This document shows positions 13,153-27,709 of a stretch of 64,000 nt of DNA, in pieces. A program made the translations under genes and the position numbers. Position 1 is the first letter of the stretch, and each line of letters starts with the position of its first letter. This stretch comes from Octopus bimaculoides (Eukaryota), in assembly GCF_001194135.2 (NCBI RefSeq), contig NC_068998.1, positions 51,038,348-51,102,347 on the forward strand, written 5' to 3'. A model generated the notes under the pieces. That model did no database searches and was not told where the DNA came from. It saw only the letters and a list, made by a program, of their open reading frames with translations.

Positions 13153-15257
13153 AGTGTGTGTGTGTATTTGTGTGTGCGTGCGTGCGTGTACATATACAGG
13201 GTACGTAAGGTATTTTGAGGGCATACATGATTTTCGTCATTGCTGCAGTTTTTGTTAACTCTTTATAATCATTGTTTCAGAAAATAATAATGGTAGACCC
13301 TCAATTTACTCAAGAAATGGTGAGGCATGCTGTTGTTTTGGCTACAAAGGCTGAGCACAGCGATTTAACAATATCTCGATTTTTAAATAGTCGCCGGATA
13401 TTTCTTCTACAAAGTTCGTAAGAAATTTGAGAGCAAAGGTTGAAACGTGTCACCACTATCAAAGCGAAGAAAACATTCTAATCGCTCTGAAGTCATCAGA
13501 GCACATGAATATATCCACCAGGTTAAACAGATCATTGATTACAATCCCAGAAAATCCATGACGTCAATTGCAAAAGATTTCCATGTGTCACATGGAAGAA
13601 TCAGAAATGTCCAAAAACATAGATGTAAGTCTTTATAAAGAGGAAAGGTCAACTTATGTTAGAAAAAGCAAAAAGAAATCACTACATCAGATCAAAAGGG
13701 CTCTTGAACAAATTGAAAAATCCAGCATCGAGAACTTGCTTGCCTTATGCCAAACTTTGAAGTTACCATTCTTTCTTACATTACACGATACCCATAATGA
13801 AGTCAACTGGATTTTTTATTTATTGACGACAAAATAAAGAAATTTTTTAACAAAAAAATTTATCAGAAATAATTCCACTCTGTCAAATTTCTATCAAATG
13901 TAAAGATACCATAAACAATGATAGTCATATTCGTCTTAATCTAAATAATTTTGTTCAGTGTGTCTTTTATTATTTTTAACACTGACTCATCTTATTAAAT
14001 ATATTCACTATCTGTTTATTCTTCTCCGTATTTCAGATATTAGTTTGTGGTCATGCTGGAATGCTCACTGGCCAAGTAAGTCTATCATAGTAAAAAAACA
14101 ATTTTTGAATTCGAGTACTTGATTTAACGTTCTGTAACTTGTTGAACTGGAAGGGCGCGCGACAAGTACACATTGCAGAGACAATTACAAATAGCTCCCC
14201 CACTCCCCAAGGAAATGAGAAGGGGGAAGAGGAGATTAAGGGAGAGAGAAAGAGAGAGATGGAAAGAGAGGAGAAGGGTCCATTATTCTGCATTTGTGTG
14301 TTTAAATAGCAGTCACTGTTGAAATTCGTAATATAGTTGAAACAATGTCATGTAGATTTATAAAGGTATGGATTTAAAAATACATCGATAGGTAGTTAAA
14401 TCAAAATGAAATGACCTTAACAAATAGCTTTGGATGTTAGAATTTCCATCTCTTACATGTCTTAGGCCAAAGACCGTAGCCAGACTGGAGCACCGCTGTT
14501 TTGTTATTACCGATATTATGAGAGTAGAGAGACAGCGAAGGGAATGCAGATATGATAACTAATTGGCTAAGTAGGTAGGTAGGTTAATTGGCTAGGTACG
14601 TAACTAGGTAGGTACGTACGTACGTAGGTGACTCTACAGATATATCGACAGATATGCAAATAGAGAGATATGTTTCGGCTGATGTACTCTCCAGTCTTCA
14701 TTAGGTGTTCTGATGGAATTTCGAACCCAACCCTTTATTTAACTAATGGGTTTCTCTGTTCTCATTCCTAAGGCACTCTTATTCTTATTTTTTTCTGCTG
14801 AAATTATGTCCTTGCCTGGGTTTGAACTCAGCCACGCTATACGCCCGTAGAAAATTAAACAGTGAATTTTGGCGCTTATAAACCTAATGTTTTATTTTTT
14901 TCTTCATACCGATTCCCATATTACAATTATAACACTCGGATTCTGAGTTCGATACCAGGCAGGGGATATATACACACATACATATATGTATATATATAAA
15001 TATGTTTAATGTTTTGAATATATTTGTGCAATGCCTTTCATTTCAATGTATTTTCTGCTTTTCACAGGGCTACAGGAGGAGACTGGTTAGTAAACTTTCC
15101 CTGAAATAAATAGGATATGGTTTGTTCTATATATTTTACTGCAAACCTAATAATATGTCGTTTCGTATTATAATTTAACTTCCTAATTTGTTTTGCTAAA
15201 TCTAATTTATAAATTGTAATTCATAAATTCATTAAATTTATTTTTGCGAAGAATAAT

Positions 15258-15333
<76 letters not shown>

Positions 15334-15556
15334 NNNNNNNNNNNNNNNNNNNNNNNNNNNNNNNNNNNNNNNNNNNNNNNNNNNNNNNNNNNNNNNNNNN
15401 NNNNNNNNNNNNNNNNNNNNNNNNNNNNNNNNNNNNNNNNNNNNNNNNNNNNNNNNNNNNNNNNNNNNNNNNNNNNNNNNNNNNNNNNNNNNNNNNNNNN
15501 NNNNNNNNNNNNNNNNNNNNNNNNNNNNNNNNNNNNNNNNNNNNNNNNNNNNNNNN

Positions 15557-15588
<32 letters not shown>

Positions 15589-16614
15589 CATATAGGATAT
15601 ATATTTATTCCTTTCCTTTAAATTATAGCTAGAAAGATCGAGGAACAACGACAGTACTACAAAGGTATGTACCTTTCTCTGCATATCATAATTTGTATGT
15701 AGCTTATTTTACTTCTTGCGTTTTATCATATATATATATCTATCTATATATGTATGTATATATAAGTGTGTGTGTGTGTTTGTGTGTGTGTCTGTATGTC
15801 TGTGTGTGTCTGTGTATACACGTGTGCAGTGTCGTATGGATATTTATATTTATACATATGTATATATATATTTATATATATATATACATATATATGTGCA
15901 TATATAAATACGTAGATATTTATACATATAACTTATGTGTTCTCACGTATGTATGTATGAATGTATGTATGTATATATGTATGTATGTATGTATGTATAT
16001 GTATATATATATATNNNNNNNNNNNNNNNNNNNNNNNNNNNNNNNNNNNNNNNNNNNNNNNNNNNNNNNNNNNNNNNNNNNNNNNNNNNNNNNNNNNNNN
16101 NNNNNNNNNNNNNNNNNNNNNNNNNNNNNNNNNNNNNNNNNNNNNNNNNNNNNNNNNNNNNNNNNNNNNNNNNNNNNNNNNNNNNNNNNNNNNNNNNNNN
16201 NNNNNNNNNNNNNNNNNNNNNNNNNNNNNNNNNNNNNNNNNNNNNNNNNNNNNNNNNNNNNNNNNNNNNNNNNNNNNNNNNNNNNNNNNNNNNNNNNNNN
16301 NNNNNNNNNNNNNNNNNNNNNNNNNNNNNNNNNNNNNNNNNNNNNNNNNNNNNNNNNNNNNNNNNNNNNNNNNNNNNNNNNNNNNNNNNNNNNNNNNNNN
16401 NNNNNNNNNNNNNNNNNNNNNNNNNNNNNNNNNNNNNNNNNNNNNNNNNNNNNNNNNNNNNNNNNNNNNNNNNNNNNNNNNNNNNNNNNNNNNNNNNNNN
16501 NNNNNNNNNNNNNNNNNNNNNNNNNNNNNNNNNNNNNNNNNNNNNNNNNNNNNNNNNNNNNNNNNNNNNNNNNNNNNNNNNNNNNNNNNNNNNNNNNNNN
16601 NNNNNNNNNNNNNN

Positions 16615-16653
<39 letters not shown>

Positions 16654-19600
16654 CTATGCATGTATATGTATATGTCTGAATAACTAAACATCACGAACAA
16701 TCTGAATATAATAGATTTTTTAGATGTTTTCTTCATCATATTCAATTAGACATTATAATTTCCAGTCGATAATGATAACCTCGTTTCTAACAAAATATAC
16801 ATTTTTTAAAACTTTACATCTATTTTATAATATTTTTTCAATGTGACATTAATATTGATACTAAAATTATTTAATTTTCAGCATTAAATGAAATATTTCA
16901 GGTTCACTCATGTGAGCCAAAATTACTTTGCCCTGAAACCTTGCAATATTACACAGGTAGTCGTGCAGACAACTGTCGGTACATAATATTTTATTAACTT
17001 TTTTACTATTTATACCTCTTCTAATAATTATATTTGATTTTAATTTCCATAAACAATGATACCATCAAACGCTAATCATAAATATTTTTCTCTGACAGTG
17101 GAACTCGACTAAAAATTGTTTGGTAGTGTGTCTTCAAAACTAAATCCACCAGATTAATTTCAGTGAGATATTAAAGGCGGAATCGATAAAAGACATACTA
17201 GTTAAGCAGAGTGATTGCTCTAATCGGTTCTATCCCGCCACTTTAGCCAACATTTTTAATTAATATTTCGGTGACAAATGTCACAATAAGATTATATCGG
17301 AGAAAGTATTGTAATAAGGCTATCGCTGTACATATAATGTCCTCCACTGTCATGCTCCATAATTATTTAATACAACGTTAATTCCCAGCATAGGTATAAA
17401 TCAAATAATTTAAAGCAGTAGTCCTTAAACTTTTCCCCTCAGGCCCACATTTGCTACGATCACACACTGAAATTGAAAATGTCGATGAGAAATAAAATAT
17501 TTACAAAATCTGGCAGAAAATAGAAAATATGTTTAATGATTACAATGCTATTGATGTCTTACTATCAGCTTGTCTAACTCAACTTTCAAATCTTGGTTCA
17601 ATTTCAGGCGCAAATCTTCTCTTTTTCATTTTGTAAAACATTTCACTTATTTGTCAGCATATCATTTACAGCAGAAAGTCCTGCCTCAACCAGCCAGATG
17701 GTAGGAAACCATACTACGAATAGAACAGCTTTTCAAAGGGCAGGGATAGAATGATTTTACTTCCAGCCATTCCATCAATCCTTCCTTTTCAAGTCTCCCC
17801 ATCAATGGATTGCTTTCTGACAGCTAAACACCCTCAAACGGAGCCCATCTTCCTTGAGAAAAAGTACTTCATTTTCAGGCTGTAATGAGTACAACTCGAT
17901 GCTGGTGCGACCTTCTATTGGTCCATCTGTCTCATCCTTTGTTTTCTGTTGAGGGATCTTTGGGAAGGCCATGATTATCTGCTTTGTTTACATCCGACTG
18001 TAATTATGTAGGCACCAAACGTAAATTAATGAAAGCATGATACATATTTCTATGCCATATAAAGTAGCACGTGACAGCTGGATGCGTTATATTTATTACC
18101 AACTTTATTAAGTCTTCTTTTCTAAAATATTATTTACTGCTTTGCATTTACCTTTCAGATTCTATTACGAATATGAATTATGTGCTGTAAAAAAACGTTG
18201 GATTTGTGCTCAAAAGTATCTTGAAGAATATAAGACCTATAACTGCGCTCGTAAGACATTTTGAGTATAACACTGTGGAAGGCGAATTTTGGCCTTGGGT
18301 GGCGACTGCTATTTCGTATTTGCTTACTCTTAGAATGTTTGAAAATGGGCTAATATTTCCTTCAAACTTTGCTTTTCTTAAGATATTTATTCAAACCCCA
18401 AAGAATCTGTCTCAAGACATGGCGATCTCCAACTACTCATGTTCATGTAACAAGTTACCCTGCTCGAGTCGCGACGTCAAAAGCTCGGTTTTGGAATTTG
18501 GCAGACAATGACCTCTCAACAGGTCACTGAGGCCTTCTTGGTTGGGTGTAATATGGGTTTATCGCTTCAGCTGCAACTCTGTAATCTGGATTAAAGACTT
18601 CATCCTCTTTTATATGTGCTGCTCTCTTCTGAAGATTGCTGCTCTCTCTCTTTTTGCAGGAATGGGAACGAGGAGCTCAGGGAAGTGTGACACTGGAGTG
18701 ATGGTTGAGAGAAGGTTTCGATATATGATAGCAATTGCATTCTAGTTAGATCAATATTTGGAAGGGTCCGCCATGCAAATGATGCAATCGCTTAGGTGTT
18801 CAGTTAGTTCCCTCCAAATTCCTAGGATTGTTAGTTTCATGACTATTTCACACTCTGCACCATCCTGCAACATAGCGAAAAAAACAAAAACCCAAGAAGA
18901 ATGTGCATAAAAATACAAATACATTTCACCTAGTGTGGGTTTGGTCAGTAAGTGTTTCAATAACACTGGTTAAAAAATAATAAAACTAAAAATACATCAA
19001 AATTAGAAAAATTCCAAAACTTTTACACTTAAGAATTCCACCATCAGAATATGTAGAATTTCCATCCGACCTTCTACAGTTCTTTTGCATAGTTCGCAGG
19101 TGAAATGAGGCGCCCAGGGTTTGCCTTGATCCTCAACAAGTATTCCGAAATATGCCTCACACATTTTAGCAGATGATGCCAGAGAGCAGATTATTGTTTT
19201 TGCATTGATAGATTCGCCACAGACAAAGCAAAATGCGTCTGTCGGATGTTTACAGCTACTTGATGCCATCTGTAACGAATGTATTTATCAATGACGATTT
19301 GTGTTCACGTGGACACGTTTTGTTTACGACTCCGCACCTTAGTAGAACGGCAAAAGAGGTTGAACGACTATCAGCCACTGAAAAATAATATGTACTGGAG
19401 TCGATTTCTCCTGCTAAATCCTAAAGGTAGTGCTGAAGCATGACTGCAATTCAATGCCTGAAACAAAATAATTTTATTATTTTAAAATGAATCTAATTTT
19501 CTAAACACGCTCTTTTATATCTATTCTAGCTACAGCTTCGCCGCAACCCAAATATCATTCTTCAGCCTGTTTTACATCGCCTTACAGCATTTTACCAATT

Positions 19601-21159
19601 CTCATTCTACCAATATTGGTGTGAAGCAATTCGAAGTCAGCTGAAAAAAAATGTATCTATTGTGAGACTATTTATAAAAAAATAACCAATTAATGTTTTC
19701 TCTGACTAAATCATTTTCAGAATGAATATATGACGCAGAATTTACATTTATATGGCACTAGCTAAAACACCCATCATTGACTGGGTTGAAAAAACAAAAA
19801 CTACCAAAGTTTACTATGAATATTGAAAGTTATTCACTTATTGAGCATATATAAGAATTGGCTATTAACTTATTTATTGAACTTAAGTATTACAACAAAC
19901 AAAAATACAAATAGCTTTTCTTAGGCGAATAGCCTGGTGGCTCGAAGATATAAATATAAAACGAATAAAAACAATATGATAATGCTATTAAACTTCACAC
20001 GAATTTAATAGGATGTCTCTGTGAGTAGCATACATCTTCGTACACATAGAATAATGAAGGAGAGAACTGAAGATCAAACATCGTAAAACGTGAAAAATAG
20101 ACCATAAATGAATTTCTGATTTTACTTGTTTTCCCAGAACTTTCCTTTAGTTTTGTTGTGTCTGGGGTGCGTCATTCCGTTTTGATGCATTATTCACACT
20201 CACCATTTCTATTTCCACTCATTTATTATTTTTTCTTCTAAAATTTTCGTTGCTTCTCGCAACGTCTTTAACAATTGCTGGCACTCTCCGTTATCGGAGC
20301 TGCGTTTCTTTTTGTTTGATTGTTTCGTTTGTGTACAAGTGTCAGCGTGCATGTATACACACACATGCATGTATGTATGTAATTATGCAAGTATGTATCT
20401 ATGTGTGGGTGTATGGGTGTTTTTGTACATATGTATGTATGCATTTTGCATATTCATGTGTCTGTGTGTATGTATGTAAACCCCCCTTAGGCCGGGCATT
20501 TTTTTGTGGGGACAACGTTACGTGCAATATTTTGGAAAAGGCCCACAACTTCCTCAGAGAAGTACTTAGAGACTCGGGACCACTTCCCTTGTCTTCTACG
20601 GAATATTTTACACAAGAATTAACTTTTACTTTTTATGTAGATGCTGTAGCCTTTCTTCCTAAAAATCGACAAATACACACAAATGTTCATCTTTATTATA
20701 TAAAGTATCTCTGCATCACTAATATTCTGTAGTGACAGTGTAAAATAATGTTCATCTCCTTTAGTTACGATGTAATATATCATTGTAATAAATGTTAAGA
20801 TGACAGATTAATACTGACTTTACTATCACATTCATGTTATGACCTTTATTATTCTATCACTAATACGTCTCTGCGTTATGAATATCAGTGAAAAAAGTAA
20901 TATTTAATCTCTAAGTAGAAACGTTATATATCTCCATAACAAGTCTTATGACATGTTAAGAACAATCTTACTATCATATTTGTCGTATGACAATGGAATT
21001 GGTTGCCAATAGCTTTGACAAATGTGAAGTAATTGTCAGTTTAAACTTGTCTGTAGCGATTTCACCATCAAAATTAATTTCGCGAAAGCTATATAAAATA
21101 ACGTTTTTATTCTTTAGTTCTCGTTGCAGTTCATATACTACACAGTAATCAATTCTTAA
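12689..21159 (+). CDS. Cluster gene 2: secreted, probably GPI-anchored six-Cys protein (125/133 aa)
   Basis: Exons 12689-12725, 14037-14075, 15068-15085, 16882-16978, 18159-18250, 19530-19618 (GTG-TGA to 19624, or splice to 21130-21159). Protein [124 protein letters not shown](V* or FIYYTVINS*). The frame is open across all joins. Confidence 0.87.
13195..13730 (+). mobile_element. Tc1/mariner (maT/DD37D-like) 5' fragment in gene 2 intron 1; 3' fragment of a similar family at 49565-49882
   Basis: TACAGGGT terminus and HTH-like QVKQIIDYNPRKSMTSIAKDFHVS. The second locus encodes DYYVWVAVER...CNTKDELKARIMAAFTNL...LKAVVEANGDF and ends ACCCTGTA. Confidence 0.65.
18270..19280 (-). mobile_element. 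Degenerate DNA transposase N-terminal zinc-finger region (Chapaev-like assignment tentative) in gene 2 intron 5
   Basis: MASSSCKHPTDAFCFVCG...YFGILVEDQGKPWAPHFTCELCK then IWRELTEHLSDCIICMADPSK: a Cys/His-rich FCxxCG/WAPH/WREPxxH pattern with frameshifts. Confidence 0.55.
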
Positions 21160-21881
21160 ATTACGGCGAACATAAAGTGAAAAACTTGTACCGATAAAGA
21201 AAATTCTAACTTGAATTATTAATTGTAATAACAATTCTTATAGCATTGAAAAATAACAAACTTGTACGAGGACGAACTAATGTCCATTTAAAGGATATTG
21301 TCTTAGTATCATGAAAATATACCTACGTGTCTGTGTTTATGTGTGTGCTTGTATGTGTATGTGTAGGCGTACGATTTAGCGTGTAAAGACAAAATATCGG
21401 AATAATATTTAGGTTTGAGTAGTGCAATGAAAAGGAAATGAAAAAGCTAGATGAGGGGAAATTTAACGTGTAAAAAGAGTTGGTCGTTCTCGACTGAAAA
21501 GAATTATAGGAAAAAGGTAGGCTAGCGTAGAAAGAAGATTAGGTATATTAATTACTTATTGATAATGTGGGTTGGGGTACGCTAGCGTAGGACAATGTTT
21601 TTTGAATAAAAAAGACAGAACATGCATGATAATCGACAAATCATGTTCCAGTGACAACAGGATCAAAGAGAAGGAAGAAAAACTGAACAACTATTTTGCA
21701 GGAGGGGACTAGTCGATCACATTGACATCAGTGTTTCATTGGTACTTAATTTATCGACCTCGAAAGGATGAAAAGCAAAGTCGACCTCGGCGGAATTTGA
21801 ACTCAGAATGTATCGACGGGCAAAATACCGGTAAGCATTTCGTCCGGCATGCTAATGATTCTGCCTGCTAACCGGTTTAGA

Positions 21882-21991
<110 letters not shown>

Positions 21992-22137
21992 TACTGAGGT
22001 AAGAAATGTAAAATGAAAAGAGACAGATTAAATTATAAACACATAAAATTGATATTGGGATATCTATCTACCAACAATAAAATATAACAGAAGCATAGAA
22101 AAAACATTTATATATATATATATATATNNNNNNNNNN

Positions 22138-22174
<37 letters not shown>

Positions 22175-22380
22175 TTATACACTTTAAAATAATTTCACAT
22201 TTGTTTTTCTTCTCTAAAAACATATTGGGCGGATAAAAGGCCGTACAATATTCTATGCAGCGAATAACACGTAGAGTGGAGTTTTGTCGTGACATCGTTA
22301 ATGATCCAATGACCTTGAGAAACGTTTTGTTAATTTATATGACAAATTGTAATGTGTTTTAAATGCATAGTTGTTTGTGC

Positions 22381-22413
<33 letters not shown>

Positions 22414-23280
22414 TCTCTCCCTGTCTTGAGATTCACACACACTCTCTCTCTCCCTCAATGTAGTGTATAATCTGCTAATGTTCACCCTTCAGACATTCTG
22501 TACCGCGTAGGTATCCTCAACGTTTGTGCTCACTCGTTTGATTTCTTCATTTCCTTTTTCTTTCGATTTCAACTTTTATTTATATCTTGTCTTTAAGCTT
22601 CTCGCATTCAGTGATTTTTCCTTTTGTTTTTTTTTTGCTATTTCATTTCCTCGGTTACAATCCATAGAGTAGGATTGAAATCTGAGGTGAAAATATTTGA
22701 AGACATGAAAAGAATCTCTAAAATATGAATAAACATTGTAATGCAAACAATTTCAAAATTGAATAAATATTGAAAGCTATCGGATTTATTATATAACATA
22801 AAAATAACGATAATAATGGGCAATTATTGAAACCATATAAAACATGAATATTATTTATTTATTCATTTTTTTACTTTGCATTTTTATTTCAATTTTTAAA
22901 AATAAAAATTTGGTGTACTTATATTTTTTGATGTGCTATATATTTAAAGTTTGGTGGAGAACTAAATGCCTAACTACATTAATTTTAATTTAGGGTATAT
23001 TACCTTGATAAATATATTCAGTTGTGTTGCTAATGAGATAACCTAACATAATTTAGCGGAGATAAGTATTTTCAGATGAGAAAACAGACTCCTTCCTATG
23101 AAAAATCAAAAGCAAATATATAAAGCATTTTTAATAGACTAACTATGCAACTAAAACATACCATGACATGTTAAATCATTAAGATAATTTTATAATCACC
23201 TAAATCATTAAACGTCAGATAAAAGGCTATACTGTATTTTGTGCAGCGAATGTATATATACTTTCAGTGAGAACAGACGA

Positions 23281-23307
23281 CAGCTGTTACGTCATTTTTC
23301 TATATAA
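23281..23307 (+). promoter_or_regulatory. Gene 3 core promoter: CAGCTG-TTACGTCA-TATATAA
   Basis: Motifs identical to gene 1; TATA is 39 nt before the ATG at 23340. Confidence 0.65.
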
Positions 23308-23339
23308 GAAATATAGACACTTGAATACGAATGTTCAGG

Positions 23340-24914
23340 ATGAAATGTTTTCTGTGCTGGTATCTTGTCATTGTTTGTAAGTAGCTACAATATGAAGCAT
23401 TTTTCATCGTCATAAGTATTTCTATTAAATCTTTAATCTCTGTATAAGTTTCAATGTGTCTCTGTTACTTACCTCCCTTTATATATATGCTTTCCTATAT
23501 TTTGGTTCGTCAGTAAAAAGCGATGCTAAACTCGACAAGGAAGTCCAAACTCGTATAAGAAAGGCCACTACAGTTTTTGGGAAGCCTTATGATCGATTTT
23601 CGAATGGCCACGATGTTTTAGTAAAGACAAAAATAGACGCGTATAAGTCAGTTGTCCTAAGAATTCATTTATATGAAGCAAAGTCTGAATAGCTTATCGT
23701 AAGAGCATCAGTCAGTTATCTTAGGCAATTATGCAAGGTTAAATAAAAGGATAGAGTAAAGAAGAGTACTATCCTGAAAATGTGCGGAATATCCGGGATA
23801 TTAAATTCCATACTGAGATTATGTAAGTTAGACAGATTTGAAATCATTGCAAGCAGCACCTATGTAAACGTATCTACTCTTATTGGCAGTATCTACACTT
23901 TGACATACAATGTTGTTCCTAAAAAACTTGTAATCCAATGGACGTGTGAAATGACATTTACAATTACACAATCTACTAGAAGTCCGCGAAGGGTGAAGCG
24001 GAGGTTACTGCGCCCGGGGTAGTTTTCCCCTTCAATATATATATACCCCCAGTCTTATCAGCAACATGTTCGATAGGTTTACCGAAATTGTGGTTAGTTT
24101 CAATGATGTGGTTTCCTGGACACGCTAACATTATTCAAAAGTACGTGATGAGGTTGTCTCTACAGAGTTTCAGTAGAAATTGTTACCAGCACTGATTCTA
24201 TTACGTCGTTTTATATCTGAGACGTCAAATGTAAACAAACAATGTGATCGAAGATAAAAAGATGAGTAATGGGCGTATATGTCATATTTCGGGAGTTTTT
24301 TCTTCTTCATCAGCACCCATCTAACCCATTAATCATTCACGAACTCATTGCTTAATTAGCTGCTACATATATCGGTGTATCGTTACTGGGTATACCAATT
24401 TACATATCAAACATATTCTTGGAACAACTTTCATAAAATTTTTATACGAAATAATCTCACCCTGTTATATTTCTCATGTAAAGATACCATAAACAATAAA
24501 GTCGTATTCACATTAATCTAGATAATTGTGTTCGGTGTGTCATTTATAATTTTAAACTTTGACTCATCTTATTAAATATATTAATTATGCCTTTATTCTT
24601 TTTACACATTTCAGATATTAGTTTGTGGCCATGTTGGGATGCACACTGGCTTAGTAAGTCTATCATAGTGAACACAGATATTGTCTAAAGCTGAGTATTT
24701 GTTTTAAAGTTCTGTAATTTGTGGAACCGGTTGAATGCGTGATAGATACACATTGCAGAGACAAACACCCACACTATAATATATATNNNNNNNNNNNNNN
24801 NNNNNNNNNNNNNNNNNNNNNNNNNNNNNNNNNNNNNNNNNNNNNNNNNNNNNNNNNNNNNNNNNNNNNNNNNNNNNNNNNNNNNNNNNNNNNNNNNNNN
24901 NNNNNNNNNNNNNN

Positions 24915-24955
<41 letters not shown>

Positions 24956-27672
24956 ATGTATATCTCTCTGTATATGAGAGCGAGAGAGAAATAAGAATAC
25001 ATACGATCAATAGAAAACTCGTGAAGTATGGAAAAGAATAGGATTTATAATACAGTAAACCCAAATGAGGCATTAAATGATACACAGTGCAAATATGAAA
25101 ACTAAGTCAACAGTGTGAATAAATGTCGTAAATTTATATTATCGATACGTAATTATAAGACCTAAGTGTAGGAAGTCGGTACGTTTCGAGCAGTCCATTG
25201 TGGGTATTAAAAGCAACGATCAGGAAAAATAATAATTTATTAATGTCGAAGGTTGTAGGTTTTTTCCATATCGTAGTTTGATAATCTAAAACATTTTATA
25301 GCTCACGGTTAGCAACTTGAGTTGCTATGAATGCGAATAGATATTCGACTTGAGGGATTGAAGAGTGTAAAATTCTCTGATGTAATAATTATTCAGCGAG
25401 GGGCACTCAGCTAGCAATTTATCAGGCCGAAGATACCTTAAGATTAATAAGATACTATGGAGGTTGCATTGTCGTTAAGGTAACTCGCCGAAAAAGATTG
25501 AGTAATTATTAAATTAGAGGATCGTCTAGCTAGGGAACACATGTAGCCTGGATTTTTCCTGCTCTACTCCCTCGGTTTGGATATATATATATATATAATT
25601 CAAACTCAATATATTATAAATTAACTACCATCAAAAATAATTGGTAAGCTAACTCAAAAAATCATCACCAAAATAGCAGAAAAAAAAACGACAGTGAAGG
25701 TATGCAGAATCTTCAAGAATCGATCCTTTTGGTTATATTAATAATAATAAAGGAGTTACGACGCAAAAACGTATATATTCAAACGTATATAAGCACTCAC
25801 GCACGCACACAATACGTACGGTGCTACATAAAGAATTGAAAGTTCGTCCGTGGAAATCCCATTATGGGATGACGTAAACCTCTTGAATAGCTTCCAAGAA
25901 GGACAGATCTCACTCCATATGATTTTTACCTGTGGGTTTACACAAAAGAGGAGGCGTATAAGACTAAACCTCACATACTGGAGGACTATATATATATATA
26001 TATATAATGCATATATATATATGGGTAAAAGGCGAGCAGGTATTAAAAATTGGTTATGAAATCCATATTCCTTTTAGAAATCTATTGAAACAAATGATAC
26101 GTGTTCTTTATTACATGAGAAAATGAAAGTAAATCTTCATATTTCAAGGTAAGAACCGGCGGCGTCAGCCAGTTTCTTCAAACGGCCAGGGATGGAATGA
26201 ACAACCTTTTGAAGGACGTCGTCTGGGATATCATTGAGAAGATCCCCGAAACGTGTCTCCTAGTCCTCCAGTGTGTGAGGTTTAGTCTTGTACACCCCTT
26301 CTTTTGTGTAAACCCACAGGTAAAAATCATATGGAGTGAGATCTGTCCTTCTTGGAAGCCATTCAAGAGGTTCACGTCGTCCCATAAGATCTTAGCCCCA
26401 GCACGTAATGGGGTTTCCACGGACGAACATTCAATTCTTTATGCAGCACCGTACGTATTGTGTGTCTTGTTAGTTCACCTTTACGTACTACTTGAACTGT
26501 TGATTTTTTTCTGGCTGCAATTAAACATTCCCTGCGCTGTTGCCACGTTCTCCGCTGACCGGGACGTGCTTGGACGGCCACTTCTTGCATCCTTCACAGA
26601 GCCAGTGATCATCAGCTTTGCATGACAACTTTTTCATTATCTCCGGAAATAGTGTTGCATGCTTACCTTTCCATGCATGCCACCATCTCTGAACCAAAAC
26701 AATGTGATTTCACACTTCATAGCGTGCTGCTATCTTAACTCGCTCCTGAACAGTCAAGCGACTGGCCATCTGGAAAATACGAAAAATAAGAAATAAGACA
26801 AGAAAAAAATAAAAAGTCCCCATTAGTGTTGTATATATATATATATATATATNNNNNNNNNNNNNNNNNNNNNNNNNNNNNNNNNNNNNNNNNNNNNNNN
26901 NNNNNNNNNNNNNNNNNNNNNNNNNNNNNNNNNNNNNNNNNNNNNNNNNNNNNNNNNNNNNNNNNNNNNNNNNNNNNNNNNNNNNNNNNNNNNNNNNNNN
27001 NNNNNNNNNNNNNNNNNNNNNNNNNNNNNNNNNNNNNNNNNNNNNNNNNNNNNNNNNNNNNNNNNNNNNNNNNNNNNNNNNNNNNNNNNNNNNNNNNNNN
27101 NNNNNNNNNNNNNNNNNNNNNNNNNNNNNNNNNNNNNNNNNNNNNNNNNNNNNNNNNNNNNNNNNNNNNNNNNNNNNNNNNNNNNNNNNNNNNNNNNNNN
27201 NNNNNNNNNNNNNNNNNNNNNNNNNNNNNNNNNNNNNNNNNNNNNNNNNNNNNNNNNNNNNNNNNNNNNNNNNNNNNNNNNNNNNNNNNNNNNNNNNNNN
27301 NNNNNNNNNNNNNNNNNNNNNNNNNNNNNNNNNNNNNNNNNNNNNNNNNNNNNNNNNNNNNNNNNNNNNNNNNNNNNNNNNNNNNNNNNNNNNNNNNNNN
27401 NNNNNNNNNNNNNNNNNNNNNNNNNNNNNNNNNNNNNNNNNNNNNNNNNNNNNNNNNNNNNNNNNNNNNNNNNNNNNNNNNNNNNNNNNNNNNNNNNNNN
27501 NNNNNNNNNNNNNNNNNNNNNNNNNNNNNNNNNNNNNNNNNNNNNNNNNNNNNNNNNNNNNNNNNNNNNNNNNNNNNNNNNNNNNNNNNNNNNNNNNNNN
27601 NNNNNNNNNNNNNNNNNNNNNNNNNNNNNNNNNNNNNNNNNNNNNNNNNNNNNNNNNNNNNNNNNNNNNNNN

Positions 27673-27709
<37 letters not shown>

